In this document: positions 25,327 through 32,943 of the stretch, piece after piece
Layout: each line of letters opens with the position of its first letter
How positions within the stretch are numbered: position 1 is the stretch's first letter
Translations under genes and position numbers: made by a program
Source: Dehalococcoidia bacterium
GTDB taxonomy: Bacteria; Chloroflexota; Dehalococcoidia; DSTF01; RBG-16-68-14
Assembly: GCA_041497735.1 (NCBI GenBank)
Contig: JBGQHA010000002.1
Span: 1-33,222 of the forward strand
Direction of reading: 5' to 3'
DNA: 33,222 nt
The notes under the pieces: generated by a model
Told to the model about the DNA's origin: nothing
Database searches by the model: none
What the model saw: the letters and a program-made list of their open reading frames with translations, nothing else

Positions 25327-26508
25327 CTAGCCGCCCTCGTACTCCACCGCGCACTTCGCGGCCAAACTCGAGACCGCCGTCACGCGCCGCCCGAGCGTCC
25401 TCCAATCGACGAAGCCGTTCGTGCAGTAGCCGAGCGAGATCCCCGTCACCGGGTCGCCCCAGCCGATCTGCCCGCCCGCGCCACCGTGGCCGAATGCTTT
25501 GCCCGACACCACTCGCCCGAAGCCTCGCATGAACGATTTGCCGTCGTCGCCCGCGATCACGACGCTCAGTCCGCGGTTCACCGGATAGTCAAACGTCGGA
25601 TCGCGGTGGCGATCGGTCGTGCGCACCGTCGTCGCGAACGCGATCGTCTCCGCCTTGAGCACGCGCGTCCCGTCCGCCGTCTCGCCTTCGTTGATCAGCG
25701 GCTGGTAGAACATCGCCAGCTCGGCGGCGCTCGCGACGCCGCCCGCGCCGGGAACGCCCGCCCGCCGCGCGATGGGTGAGTTGAAGCGCAGGATGGCTGC
25801 CGGCGTCACCTCACCCCAGCCGCCCGGCGGCTCGATCACCTCACCCATGTGCCGCACATCGGCGACGCGGCTGTCCCGCTCCTCCGGCGATCCGACGAAC
25901 AGCTCGTCCAGGCCCATCGGCCCGGTGACGCGCTCGCGGATGAAGTCGCGGAAGTCCTTGCCCGTCCGGCGCTGGATGATCTCCGCCAGCACCCAGTGCG
26001 CTGACGTAGCGTGGTATTCGAACTTGCTGCCCGGCTCCCACATGAGCCGCCAGCGCGCGAACGCCTCGAGTCGCTTCGAGCGGTTGTTCCACGCATCAGG
26101 GCCGAGCGGCGCGCGCGGGAAGCCCGAGGTGTGCGTCAGGACCTGCTCCACCGTGACGATCTCTTTGCCGTTCGTCGCGAACTCCGGGATGATCTCCGCC
26201 ACGCGTTCATCGAGACGCAGCAGGCCGTCCTCGAAGAGCAACCAGATCGCCACGCCTACGATCGCTTTCGTGCAGGAGAAGATGGTGTACAGCGTCTCGT
26301 CCGTCGCCGGCCGCTCGACGCCTCCCTGCACGGCCGAGCCGAACGTCCGCAGTCCGGCGAGCTTGCCCCGCCGCGCGATCGCGACCTGGCAGCTCGGCAA
26401 CGTGCCGTCGTCGACCTCGCGCTTCGCCCGCGCGAAGAGGTCCTCCAGGCGCCCGGCATCGATGCCCACGTCCTCCGGCTTCGACGCCACGAGCTGCTGC
26501 TTCAACAT
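25327..26508 (-). CDS. Serine hydrolase, beta-lactamase/esterase (class C-like) family
   Basis: I trimmed track ORF 25327..26799 to the ATG at 26508, which has AGGAG upstream (gaaAGGAGcggatcgATG), giving 393 aa. The SxxK nucleophile motif is FSCTKAI. The Arg/Pro-rich 97-aa N-terminal extension overlaps nagB antisense and is implausible. Confidence 0.88.
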   Translation of the reverse strand: MLKQQLVASKPEDVGIDAGRLEDLFARAKREVDDGTLPSCQVAIARRGKLAGLRTFGSAVQGGVERPATDETLYTIFSCTKAIVGVAIWLLFEDGLLRLDERVAEIIPEFATNGKEIVTVEQVLTHTSGFPRAPLGPDAWNNRSKRLEAFARWRLMWEPGSKFEYHATSAHWVLAEIIQRRTGKDFRDFIRERVTGPMGLDELFVGSPEERDSRVADVRHMGEVIEPPGGWGEVTPAAILRFNSPIARRAGVPGAGGVASAAELAMFYQPLINEGETADGTRVLKAETIAFATTVRTTDRHRDPTFDYPVNRGLSVVIAGDDGKSFMRGFGRVVSGKAFGHGGAGGQIGWGDPVTGISLGYCTNGFVDWRTLGRRVTAVSSLAAKCAVEYEGG

Positions 26509-26555
26509 CGATCCGCTCCTTTCAGTCCGCCCACCGGGCTCATAGTATACAACCG

Positions 26556-27284
26556 ATGCGTATCCAGGTTGGCGCCAGCGCCGACGACCTCGCGCGCCGG
26601 GCGGCGGACATGCTCGGCGCGATCGTGCGCGGAAAGCCCGACGCGGTGCTCGGCTTGGCGACGGGGAAGACGCCTCTCGGCCTGTATGCGGAGCTGTCGC
26701 GCCGGGTTGCCGCCGGAGACATCGATCTGCGGGGCGTAGTCGCGTTCGCCATCGACGAGCTCCACGGCGTCCCGCGCGATCATCCCGCGACGAACGCATC
26801 GTACTTCGCGCGAGAGCTCTCCGTGCCGCTGGCCGCGCTGCACATCATGGACAGCGAAGCGCCGGACCCGCAGGCGGAGTGCGACCGCGTTCGGGAGCTC
26901 ATCGAGCGCGCCGGCGGACTCGATCTTGTAATGCTCGGCATCGGGCGCAACGGACACCTCGCGTTCAACGAGCCCGGCTCGCCGTTCGATTCGCGCGCGC
27001 GCAGGGTCACGCTGGCGCAATCGACGCGAGAGCAGTACGTGCCGTACTTCGGCTCGTTGGAGCAAACACCGGCGTTCGGTCTCACGCTCGGCTTGTCCGA
27101 TCTGCTCGCGGCGCGTAAGGCGCTGCTGCTGGCAACCGGCGCAGACAAGGCCGAGATCGTCGCGCACGCGCTCGAGGGGCCGGTCAGCGAGCAGGTGCCG
27201 GCTTCGGCGCTACAACGCCACCCCGATGCAACCGTCCTCCTCGATCCCGCAGCGGCCGCCCGATTGCGTCACGTCACTTCGTAG
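26556..27284 (+). CDS. nagB: Glucosamine-6-phosphate deaminase
   Basis: 242 aa. Motifs LGLATGKTPLGLY, AFAIDEL and DLVMLGIGRNGHLAFNEPGSPFDSR. Confidence 0.9.
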   Translation: MRIQVGASADDLARRAADMLGAIVRGKPDAVLGLATGKTPLGLYAELSRRVAAGDIDLRGVVAFAIDELHGVPRDHPATNASYFARELSVPLAALHIMDSEAPDPQAECDRVRELIERAGGLDLVMLGIGRNGHLAFNEPGSPFDSRARRVTLAQSTREQYVPYFGSLEQTPAFGLTLGLSDLLAARKALLLATGADKAEIVAHALEGPVSEQVPASALQRHPDATVLLDPAAAARLRHVTS

Positions 27285-28438
27285 GCGATTACGCCGCCCA
27301 CGAAGACCTTCTCGAGGCGCAGGTCCTCATCGCAGATCACGATGTCCGCCTTCGCGCCCGCCTTCAGTACGCCGATCTCGTCCTGCATGCCCAGCAGGCG
27401 CGCGGGCGTTGCCGTCGCCATGCGCACGCAATCGATGAGCGGCACGTGCGCCAGCCGCTGCATGTTGCGCACGGCGATGTTCATCGAGAGCGCGCTGCCC
27501 GCCAGCGTGCCGTCCTTCAGGTACCAGGCGCCGTCGCGCAGGCCGACGCCCCTGCCCTGCAGCTCCTCGCTCCCTTCGATTCCGCCCGCGGACCACAGCG
27601 CGTCCGTCACGAGCGCGACGCCCTCGGCGCCCTTGGCGCGGTAGATGAGCGACAGCACCGACGGATGTACGTGCACCGTGTCCGCGATCGCGCCAGCCAC
27701 GATGCGGTCGCTCTCCAGCACCGCGCCGATCACGCCCGGCTCGCGCTGCGAAAGGGGACGCATGCCGTTGAAGAGATGCGTCGCCATGCTCGCACCGGCA
27801 TCGATTGCGCGAAATGCCTCCTCATACGTAGCGTCGGTGTGCCCGATCGAGACGACAACGCCGGCCGCGCGCGCCGCCGCCAGCAGATCGAGACCGCCCG
27901 GCAGCTCCGGCGCGAGCGTGATGAGACGCAGCGCTCCCTTCGATGCCGCCAGCAGCTGCTCGAACATCGGCACGTCTGGGCGGCGGATGAAGCGCTCGTC
28001 GTGCGCGCCTTTGCGCACCGGGTTGATGAACGGCCCCTCGAGGTGCGCGCCCAAGACGCGCGCGCCGGCGATCGGCCGCTCCATCGCTTCACGCACCGCG
28101 GCGAGCGCGCGGCAGACGTTGTCTTCGTCCGCCGTCACCGCCGTCGGTAGCATCGCCGTCGTGCCGAAGCGGACGAAGTCCCGCGTCATGCGCTCGACGG
28201 TCTCGACGGTGGGTGCTTCCGTGAGCAGCGCGCCGCCGCCGCCGTTCACCTGCAGATCGATGAAGCCCGGACAGACGATGCGCCCTCGCGCATCGATCTC
28301 GACATCGGCGTGCTCTCCTGCTAGCTCCGCGCGGGTGCCGACGCGCTCGATCACGCCGTCGCGCGCGATCAGTGCGCCGTCCTCGATCTCCTCGAATGGC
28401 GTCAGCAGCGTGCCGCCGGCGATGAGGAGACTGCTCAC
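27269..28438 (-). CDS. nagA: N-acetylglucosamine-6-phosphate deacetylase
   Basis: 389 aa with a GTG start that overlaps the upstream adh stop (GTGA). Motifs PGFIDLQVNGGGG, GAHLEGPFINPVRKGAH, ITLAPE, SIGHTDATYEE, THLFNGM, EPGVIGA, IADTVHVHP and LVTDAL. The 3' end overlaps the nagB 3' end by 16 nt. Confidence 0.92.
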   Translation of the reverse strand: MSSLLIAGGTLLTPFEEIEDGALIARDGVIERVGTRAELAGEHADVEIDARGRIVCPGFIDLQVNGGGGALLTEAPTVETVERMTRDFVRFGTTAMLPTAVTADEDNVCRALAAVREAMERPIAGARVLGAHLEGPFINPVRKGAHDERFIRRPDVPMFEQLLAASKGALRLITLAPELPGGLDLLAAARAAGVVVSIGHTDATYEEAFRAIDAGASMATHLFNGMRPLSQREPGVIGAVLESDRIVAGAIADTVHVHPSVLSLIYRAKGAEGVALVTDALWSAGGIEGSEELQGRGVGLRDGAWYLKDGTLAGSALSMNIAVRNMQRLAHVPLIDCVRMATATPARLLGMQDEIGVLKAGAKADIVICDEDLRLEKVFVGGVIAYEVT

Positions 28439-29427
28439 AGCGTCAGCACCGCCGCGCCGCGTACCTCGCCGCGCTTGAGGCGCGCCAGCGCTTCGTTTGT
28501 GCGCGCGAGCGGAAAGACCTCGGTCTCGATGCGCAACTGGTGCTCCCCAGCGAGCGCGAGGAACTCGCGCGCATCCTCTCGCGTGAAGTTCGCGACGCTG
28601 CGGACGGTGCGCTCCCAGTAGATCTCTCGGTAAGGGAACGATGGGATGTCGCTCGCGTGCACGGCGTTGATCGCCAGCGTGCCGCCGCGATCGAGACGCC
28701 GCAGCGCGATCGGCACGATCCAGCCCACCGGCGCGAAGCTCACCGCCGCGTTGATCGCGACCCCCGGATCGTCATCCAGCCCGCCAGCCCAGGTCGCGCC
28801 GAGCTCGCGGGCGAGCTGCTGGTGATCGGGCTCACGGGTGAAGATGTACGTCTCGCAGCCCCAGGCCTGGGCCACTTGCATCGTGAGGTGCGCCGACGCG
28901 CCGAAGCCGAAGAGACCGACGCGATCGCCTCGCGACACGCCGCTCAGCTTGAGCGCGCGATAGCCGATGATGCCCGCGCAGAGCAGCGGCGCCGCTTCGA
29001 TGTCCGAGTACGCCTCCGGAAGGCGATAAACGAAGCGCGCGTCCGCCAGCATGAACTCCGCGTAGCCGCCATCGACATCGCGACCGGTGAAGCGCGGCGC
29101 GGTGCACAGGTTCTCCTTGCTCGAAGCGCAGTAGCGGCACGCGCCACATGTCGACGCGAGCCAGCCGACGCCGACGCGATCGCCGGGCGACAAGCCGTCG
29201 ACGCCAGCGCCCAGCGCGTCGACGATCGCGACGGCCTGGTGGCCGGGGACGCGCGGCAGCGGCGTCGCCAGCTCCCCTTCGACGATGTGCAGGTCGGTGC
29301 GGCAGACGCCGCAGACCAGCACGCGCAGCCGTGCTTCGCCACGCCCGGGCGACGGAAGTTCTGCCTCGTCCTCGATCAGCCGGCCTTCCTCAGCCGGCCC
29401 GGGCTCACGTAGGAGCATGCGCCGCAT
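28435..29427 (-). CDS. Zinc-dependent alcohol dehydrogenase (MDR family)
   Basis: 330 aa. Catalytic Zn motif CGVCRTDLHIVEGE and PGHQAVAIV, structural Zn cluster CGACRYCASSKENLC, and Rossmann motif GLFGFGASAH. Confidence 0.9.
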   Translation of the reverse strand: MRRMLLREPGPAEEGRLIEDEAELPSPGRGEARLRVLVCGVCRTDLHIVEGELATPLPRVPGHQAVAIVDALGAGVDGLSPGDRVGVGWLASTCGACRYCASSKENLCTAPRFTGRDVDGGYAEFMLADARFVYRLPEAYSDIEAAPLLCAGIIGYRALKLSGVSRGDRVGLFGFGASAHLTMQVAQAWGCETYIFTREPDHQQLARELGATWAGGLDDDPGVAINAAVSFAPVGWIVPIALRRLDRGGTLAINAVHASDIPSFPYREIYWERTVRSVANFTREDAREFLALAGEHQLRIETEVFPLARTNEALARLKRGEVRGAAVLTL

Positions 29428-29436
29428 CGCGGCACA

Positions 29437-30237
29437 CTAGCGGCCCTTGAACTGCGGTGCGCGCTTCTCCAGGAAGGCCTGCACGCCTTCGCGAAAGTCC
29501 TCGGTGCGGAAGAGCGGCAGGAGCTGCAGATAAACGTGGTGCACGTTCGCTTCGAACGTCTCCTCGAGCCCGAGGCGCATCATGCGCTTCGTCGACTGCA
29601 CAGCGAGCGGCGCGTTGGCGGCGATCTCTCGCGCCCACTCGCGCGCCGTCGGCATCAGGTCGCCCGGTTCGACGACGGTGTTGACGAGGCCAAGCTCGAA
29701 CGACTCCTGCGCAGAGAGCACCTTCCCGCGGAAGCAGATCTCCGCCGCCTTCGCCCAGCCGATAAGCCGCGGCAGCAACCAGCTTCCGCCGCTCTCAGGC
29801 AGCACGCCGCGCTTCGCGAACACCGCCGCCAGCTTCGCGTCGGTCGACGCGATGCGCATGTCGCAGCCGAGCGCGAGGTCCATGCCGTAGCCGGCGGCCG
29901 GGCCGTTCAGCGCGCAGATGACCGGCTTATCCGTCGTGTGCAGCACAATCGGCGGGCTGCCGGCCAGATCGAATCGCGCAGCCGGCGAACCGCCGCCGTT
30001 GCTGCCGATGCCTGTGCCCGCCGTTAAGTCCTTCAGGTCGAGCCCGGCGCAGAAGCCGCGGCCCGCGCCGGTAATGATGATCACGCGGATGTCGCTGTCG
30101 GCGTCGGCGTCGCGCAGCGCCTGGCTGAACGACGCGAGCATCGGGCCGCTGATCGCGTTCATGCGATCGGGCCGGTTCAGCGTGATCGTGGCGACGTTGT
30201 CTGACACTTCGAACAGCATGTCGGCGTACTGGGGCAT
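29437..30237 (-). CDS. Enoyl-CoA hydratase/isomerase (crotonase) family protein
   Basis: I trimmed track ORF 29437..30303 to the ATG at 30237, which has AGGAGG upstream. The product starts MPQYADMLFEVSDNVATITLNRPDRMNA and contains FCAGLDL and ALNGPAAGYGMDLALGCDMRIA. Confidence 0.9.
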   Translation of the reverse strand: MPQYADMLFEVSDNVATITLNRPDRMNAISGPMLASFSQALRDADADSDIRVIIITGAGRGFCAGLDLKDLTAGTGIGSNGGGSPAARFDLAGSPPIVLHTTDKPVICALNGPAAGYGMDLALGCDMRIASTDAKLAAVFAKRGVLPESGGSWLLPRLIGWAKAAEICFRGKVLSAQESFELGLVNTVVEPGDLMPTAREWAREIAANAPLAVQSTKRMMRLGLEETFEANVHHVYLQLLPLFRTEDFREGVQAFLEKRAPQFKGR

Positions 30238-30325
30238 GGCTTTCCTCCTGCGGTGAATCACGTGCGGCGCCTGAGTGTAGCACGGTGAGGCTCCCTCCTT
30301 CACGCCGGCGCTTCGTCCCTCTCCC

Positions 30326-30442
30326 TCATCGAAGTGCTCCGCCGCAGTGAAGGCAGTAGAGCAGGTGCTGCAAGAGATAGAACTTCTTCGTCGACCGCCG
30401 CGAGTCCTTCTTGTGGCGCACCAGGGCGACCTGCGGTCTCCT
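30326..30442 (-). pseudogene. Possible relic of a large serine recombinase (zinc-ribbon region only)
   Basis: Hand translation of the minus strand gives RRPQVALVRHKKDSRRSTKKFYLLQHLLYCLHCGGALR then a stop: 38 codons, with stops on both sides. KKFYLL..LLYC..CGG resembles the yLLsGLl.C..CG.. signature at the start of the recombinase zinc beta-ribbon. This is motif-level evidence only. Confidence 0.3.
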
Positions 30443-30593
30443 TCAGCGGCTAGGCGTGGCGAGAACAGGGTCTCCCGGGGGGCTGGGCATGTGACCGCTG
30501 AAGGCTCCCCCTCAGGGTCGTGCTAAGATGCGACTTGGGGACGGCAAGAACGACCGCCACCCATCGACCACTGACACCGAGGAAGGGAGCGTC

Positions 30594-32267
30594 ATGCGTC
30601 GTTGGATCGCGTTTATGCTACTAGCGGGAACCGTGCTGTTGTCCGCCTGCGGTGGCAGTGGGGGTGGCCCATCGACAGTCTCGCAGCAGGTACCGGCGGC
30701 GGGTGGCACCGTCTCGCTCAGCAAGAACGTCACACTCCAGATCCCGCCCGGCGCGGTTGCCGATGCAACCAAGGTCACGATCACGAAGAAGAACGCTCCC
30801 GACGGCTCGCTGGCTGGAGGACAGTCGCTGGGTTCGGGCTTCAATATCGATCTGGGTGGGCAGAAGCTTTCGAAGCCGGTGACGTTGGAGATCGCTTTCG
30901 ATCCTAAGAAGATCGGCGATGCGACGACAGGCAAGCCATTTCTTTCCTACTACGACGAGGCCAAGCATCTGTGGGTGCCCGTCGGCGGAACCGTCGATAC
31001 GCAGCGCAACGTGATCACGATCCAGACCGACCACCTCTCGTGGTGGAATCCCTTCTCATGGAACTGGGGTGCCTGGATGGCTGTCCTCGACAATGCTCTC
31101 ACGGGCAACGTTACGGACTTCCTTCACGCCGTTGCTCTACTAACAAACGATTGCCCGCAAAGCGGAACGACCGTGTCGGTAGATGCGAGCAAGGCGAACA
31201 GCGTGATCCAGGGCTGCGTACAGCATGATGACCTGTCGTCACCGCAACTCCGCATTGTCAATCCGAAGTCCTTCTTCTTCGAGGTAAAACCTATCTCAGG
31301 TGGCGACGGCTATCCGCCCGATACGATGCTCGGTCCCGGCGACGACCTGAAGTTCCAAGCGAGTACATCCGACCCCGCTCCTCTCGTTGTGCAGGCGGAG
31401 ATTACGCAGAAAGCTGGCCTCTACCTTGTCGTTCATCTGATCATCCAAATGCTGCCGGGCTTGAACGAACTAGGTATCCAGGGGCCGCAGATCGCTTGCA
31501 TCACAGAGAAGCTCTCTGATGTCTCATACTTCGTTTCTGCTTCGGAGGCACTGCTGGTAGACCATGACGGCGCCGCCGCCGCAGAGCAGCTTGCTCACTT
31601 CCTAAATGACGGTGGTGCCGTCCAGCGCTTCATCACGGCTGCAAGCGACTGCAACTATGGTGCGGCTCCGACGTGGAGCGTCGAGGGCATCAAGCAGATC
31701 GGCACAGCGACGGCGACGATCATCAGCGCCACAGACTTCGTGGCGAATTACTTACTGAGCTACCACTCCGAGCTGGCGTTCAGTTGGACCCGACCCCCAA
31801 CGCCTACTTCAACCCCCGCCTCTGAGCAATCAAGAATTCCCCGGCCCGAACAAACTGCCCTTGCAGGATCTCAAGCCGTGCAATCTTTCGCGGAAGAGTT
31901 TCTGAAAGCGTGTTGGCAGCTCGATCTCACGCGGTTACAGGATTTCGTGGAGCCCGGAGCTCTAGACGGTTTGCTTTCGACCCCGTGCTCTAACGCAACA
32001 ATGTGCCCCAACGGCCAGTTCTGCCGCAGCTTCGACATCGCCAACATCACGCCGCTTCAAGGGTCGCCCAGGTGCGAGGATCCGTCACCCGCCGATGTTG
32101 CAAACGGATGGGGACGGGCCTGCCACGTTGCGTTTCAGTTTGCTTATCGTGCTGCCGGCAGCACAGCACCCTATGTAGACTATAATTCTTGTTTCACCGT
32201 TCAGTGGAAGTCGGAGCGTTACTTGGTTCGTCGTCTATCACAAGTCGAGGAAGATATGTGCAATTGA
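30594..32267 (+). CDS. Hypothetical large lipoprotein (two regions joined by a Pro/Thr linker)
   Basis: I trimmed track ORF 30528..32267 to the ATG at 30594, which has a GGAAGGGAG Shine-Dalgarno sequence, giving 557 aa. Lipobox AGTVLLSAC followed by GGSGGG. A linker TRPPTPTSTPASEQSRIPRPEQ is followed by a Cys-containing C-terminal region of about 130 aa. I recognise no catalytic motif. Confidence 0.65.
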   Translation: MRRWIAFMLLAGTVLLSACGGSGGGPSTVSQQVPAAGGTVSLSKNVTLQIPPGAVADATKVTITKKNAPDGSLAGGQSLGSGFNIDLGGQKLSKPVTLEIAFDPKKIGDATTGKPFLSYYDEAKHLWVPVGGTVDTQRNVITIQTDHLSWWNPFSWNWGAWMAVLDNALTGNVTDFLHAVALLTNDCPQSGTTVSVDASKANSVIQGCVQHDDLSSPQLRIVNPKSFFFEVKPISGGDGYPPDTMLGPGDDLKFQASTSDPAPLVVQAEITQKAGLYLVVHLIIQMLPGLNELGIQGPQIACITEKLSDVSYFVSASEALLVDHDGAAAAEQLAHFLNDGGAVQRFITAASDCNYGAAPTWSVEGIKQIGTATATIISATDFVANYLLSYHSELAFSWTRPPTPTSTPASEQSRIPRPEQTALAGSQAVQSFAEEFLKACWQLDLTRLQDFVEPGALDGLLSTPCSNATMCPNGQFCRSFDIANITPLQGSPRCEDPSPADVANGWGRACHVAFQFAYRAAGSTAPYVDYNSCFTVQWKSERYLVRRLSQVEEDMCN

Positions 32268-32440
32268 CGAGGAATCAATGTGCGGAGACCACCCGATCCG
32301 CCCGCTAGACACGCCCGGCAAATGCTCCGCTACATTCTCGCGTTCGATCAAGGCACGTCCAGCTCCTCTTCGTAGACCAACCTCCCGCAGCGCGAAAATA
32401 GCGGCCTGTCCGGTCCCGGGGCGACCAATCCGTAGGCTTC

Positions 32441-32830
32441 TCAGGCCGCCAACCGAAGCGTCGCCTGATGGTGGCGCGCGTGCGCTGCGATGGAAGGGAA
32501 GAGTTGAAGGTTCCTTCGTCTATTGTCCGTCTTGACCCCGTTCTTGTGGTGCACAACTTCAGCCCGCTTCAGTGGACAACCAAGCATCTTCTCCATGACA
32601 ACGCGATGCTCCTGTCTCCATCGGCCGTCAGCGCACTTGATTCGAACGTAACCCTTCCAGCCGGTTCGTGAGCCGACAGATCGAGTACGACTAACGGCGT
32701 TCCCTTTGTGGGCTGCGCTCATCTTCGCCCGTGTCTCTAGTGAATGCGGGTGACCTGGTCGACCTTTGAGAGCTGCGCTAATTCGCGAGCGATGCTCAAG
32801 TGTGAGGGGACGACCTTTGAGAGCTGGCAT
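32441..32830 (-). CDS. Free-standing HNH endonuclease with two N-terminal NUMOD3-like DNA-binding repeats
   Basis: 129 aa. NUMOD3-like repeats are [21 protein letters not shown] and [20 protein letters not shown]. The duplication is visible in the DNA as a 15-nt exact direct repeat, GACCTTTGAGAGCTG, at 32761-32775 and 32812-32826 (51-nt period). HNH core: [39 protein letters not shown]. There is no obvious Shine-Dalgarno sequence. Confidence 0.72.
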   Translation of the reverse strand: MPALKGRPLTLEHRSRISAALKGRPGHPHSLETRAKMSAAHKGNAVSRTRSVGSRTGWKGYVRIKCADGRWRQEHRVVMEKMLGCPLKRAEVVHHKNGVKTDNRRRNLQLFPSIAAHARHHQATLRLAA

Positions 32831-32943
32831 CTTTGTCTTGTACCCCTAGGCTGCCAGCCGGAGGACCGCCAGGTATCGATACTTCTGTCCCCTCCATTGA
32901 GGGAGAGGGGTCGGGGGTGAGGGAGCAATCGCCGTCTGCTACC

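Larger units (their letters stand above)
30317..32909. mobile_element. Lower-GC segment bounded by a 12-bp inverted repeat (CCCTCTCCCTCA / TGAGGGAGAGGG); possibly a decayed mobile element
   Basis: The left repeat is at 30317-30328 and its exact reverse complement is at 32898-32909. Interior sample lines are 55-58% GC (31141-31200 = 33/60). Contains an orphan lipoprotein gene, a NUMOD3-HNH endonuclease gene and a short recombinase-like relic. Confidence 0.35.

Noticed and set aside
25327-26799. N-terminal extensions of track ORFs: 25327..26799 (97 extra aa), 29437..30303, 30528..32267, 16577..17176, 17088..18857, 13381..14292 and 13923..14960.
   Set aside because: The extensions overlap neighbouring genes, are compositionally odd, and precede internal starts that have Shine-Dalgarno sequences or stop/start coupling and give canonical N-termini. 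I trimmed them in the feature list.
32268-32440. Read-through continuation of the HNH ORF, or small ORFs (32278..32535+, 32305..32556-) in the spacer after the lipoprotein gene.
   Set aside because: Translation past the HNH stop (EAYGLVAPGPDRPLFSRCGRLVYEEELDVP) and the two track ORFs show no motifs. They also overlap each other and the HNH gene.
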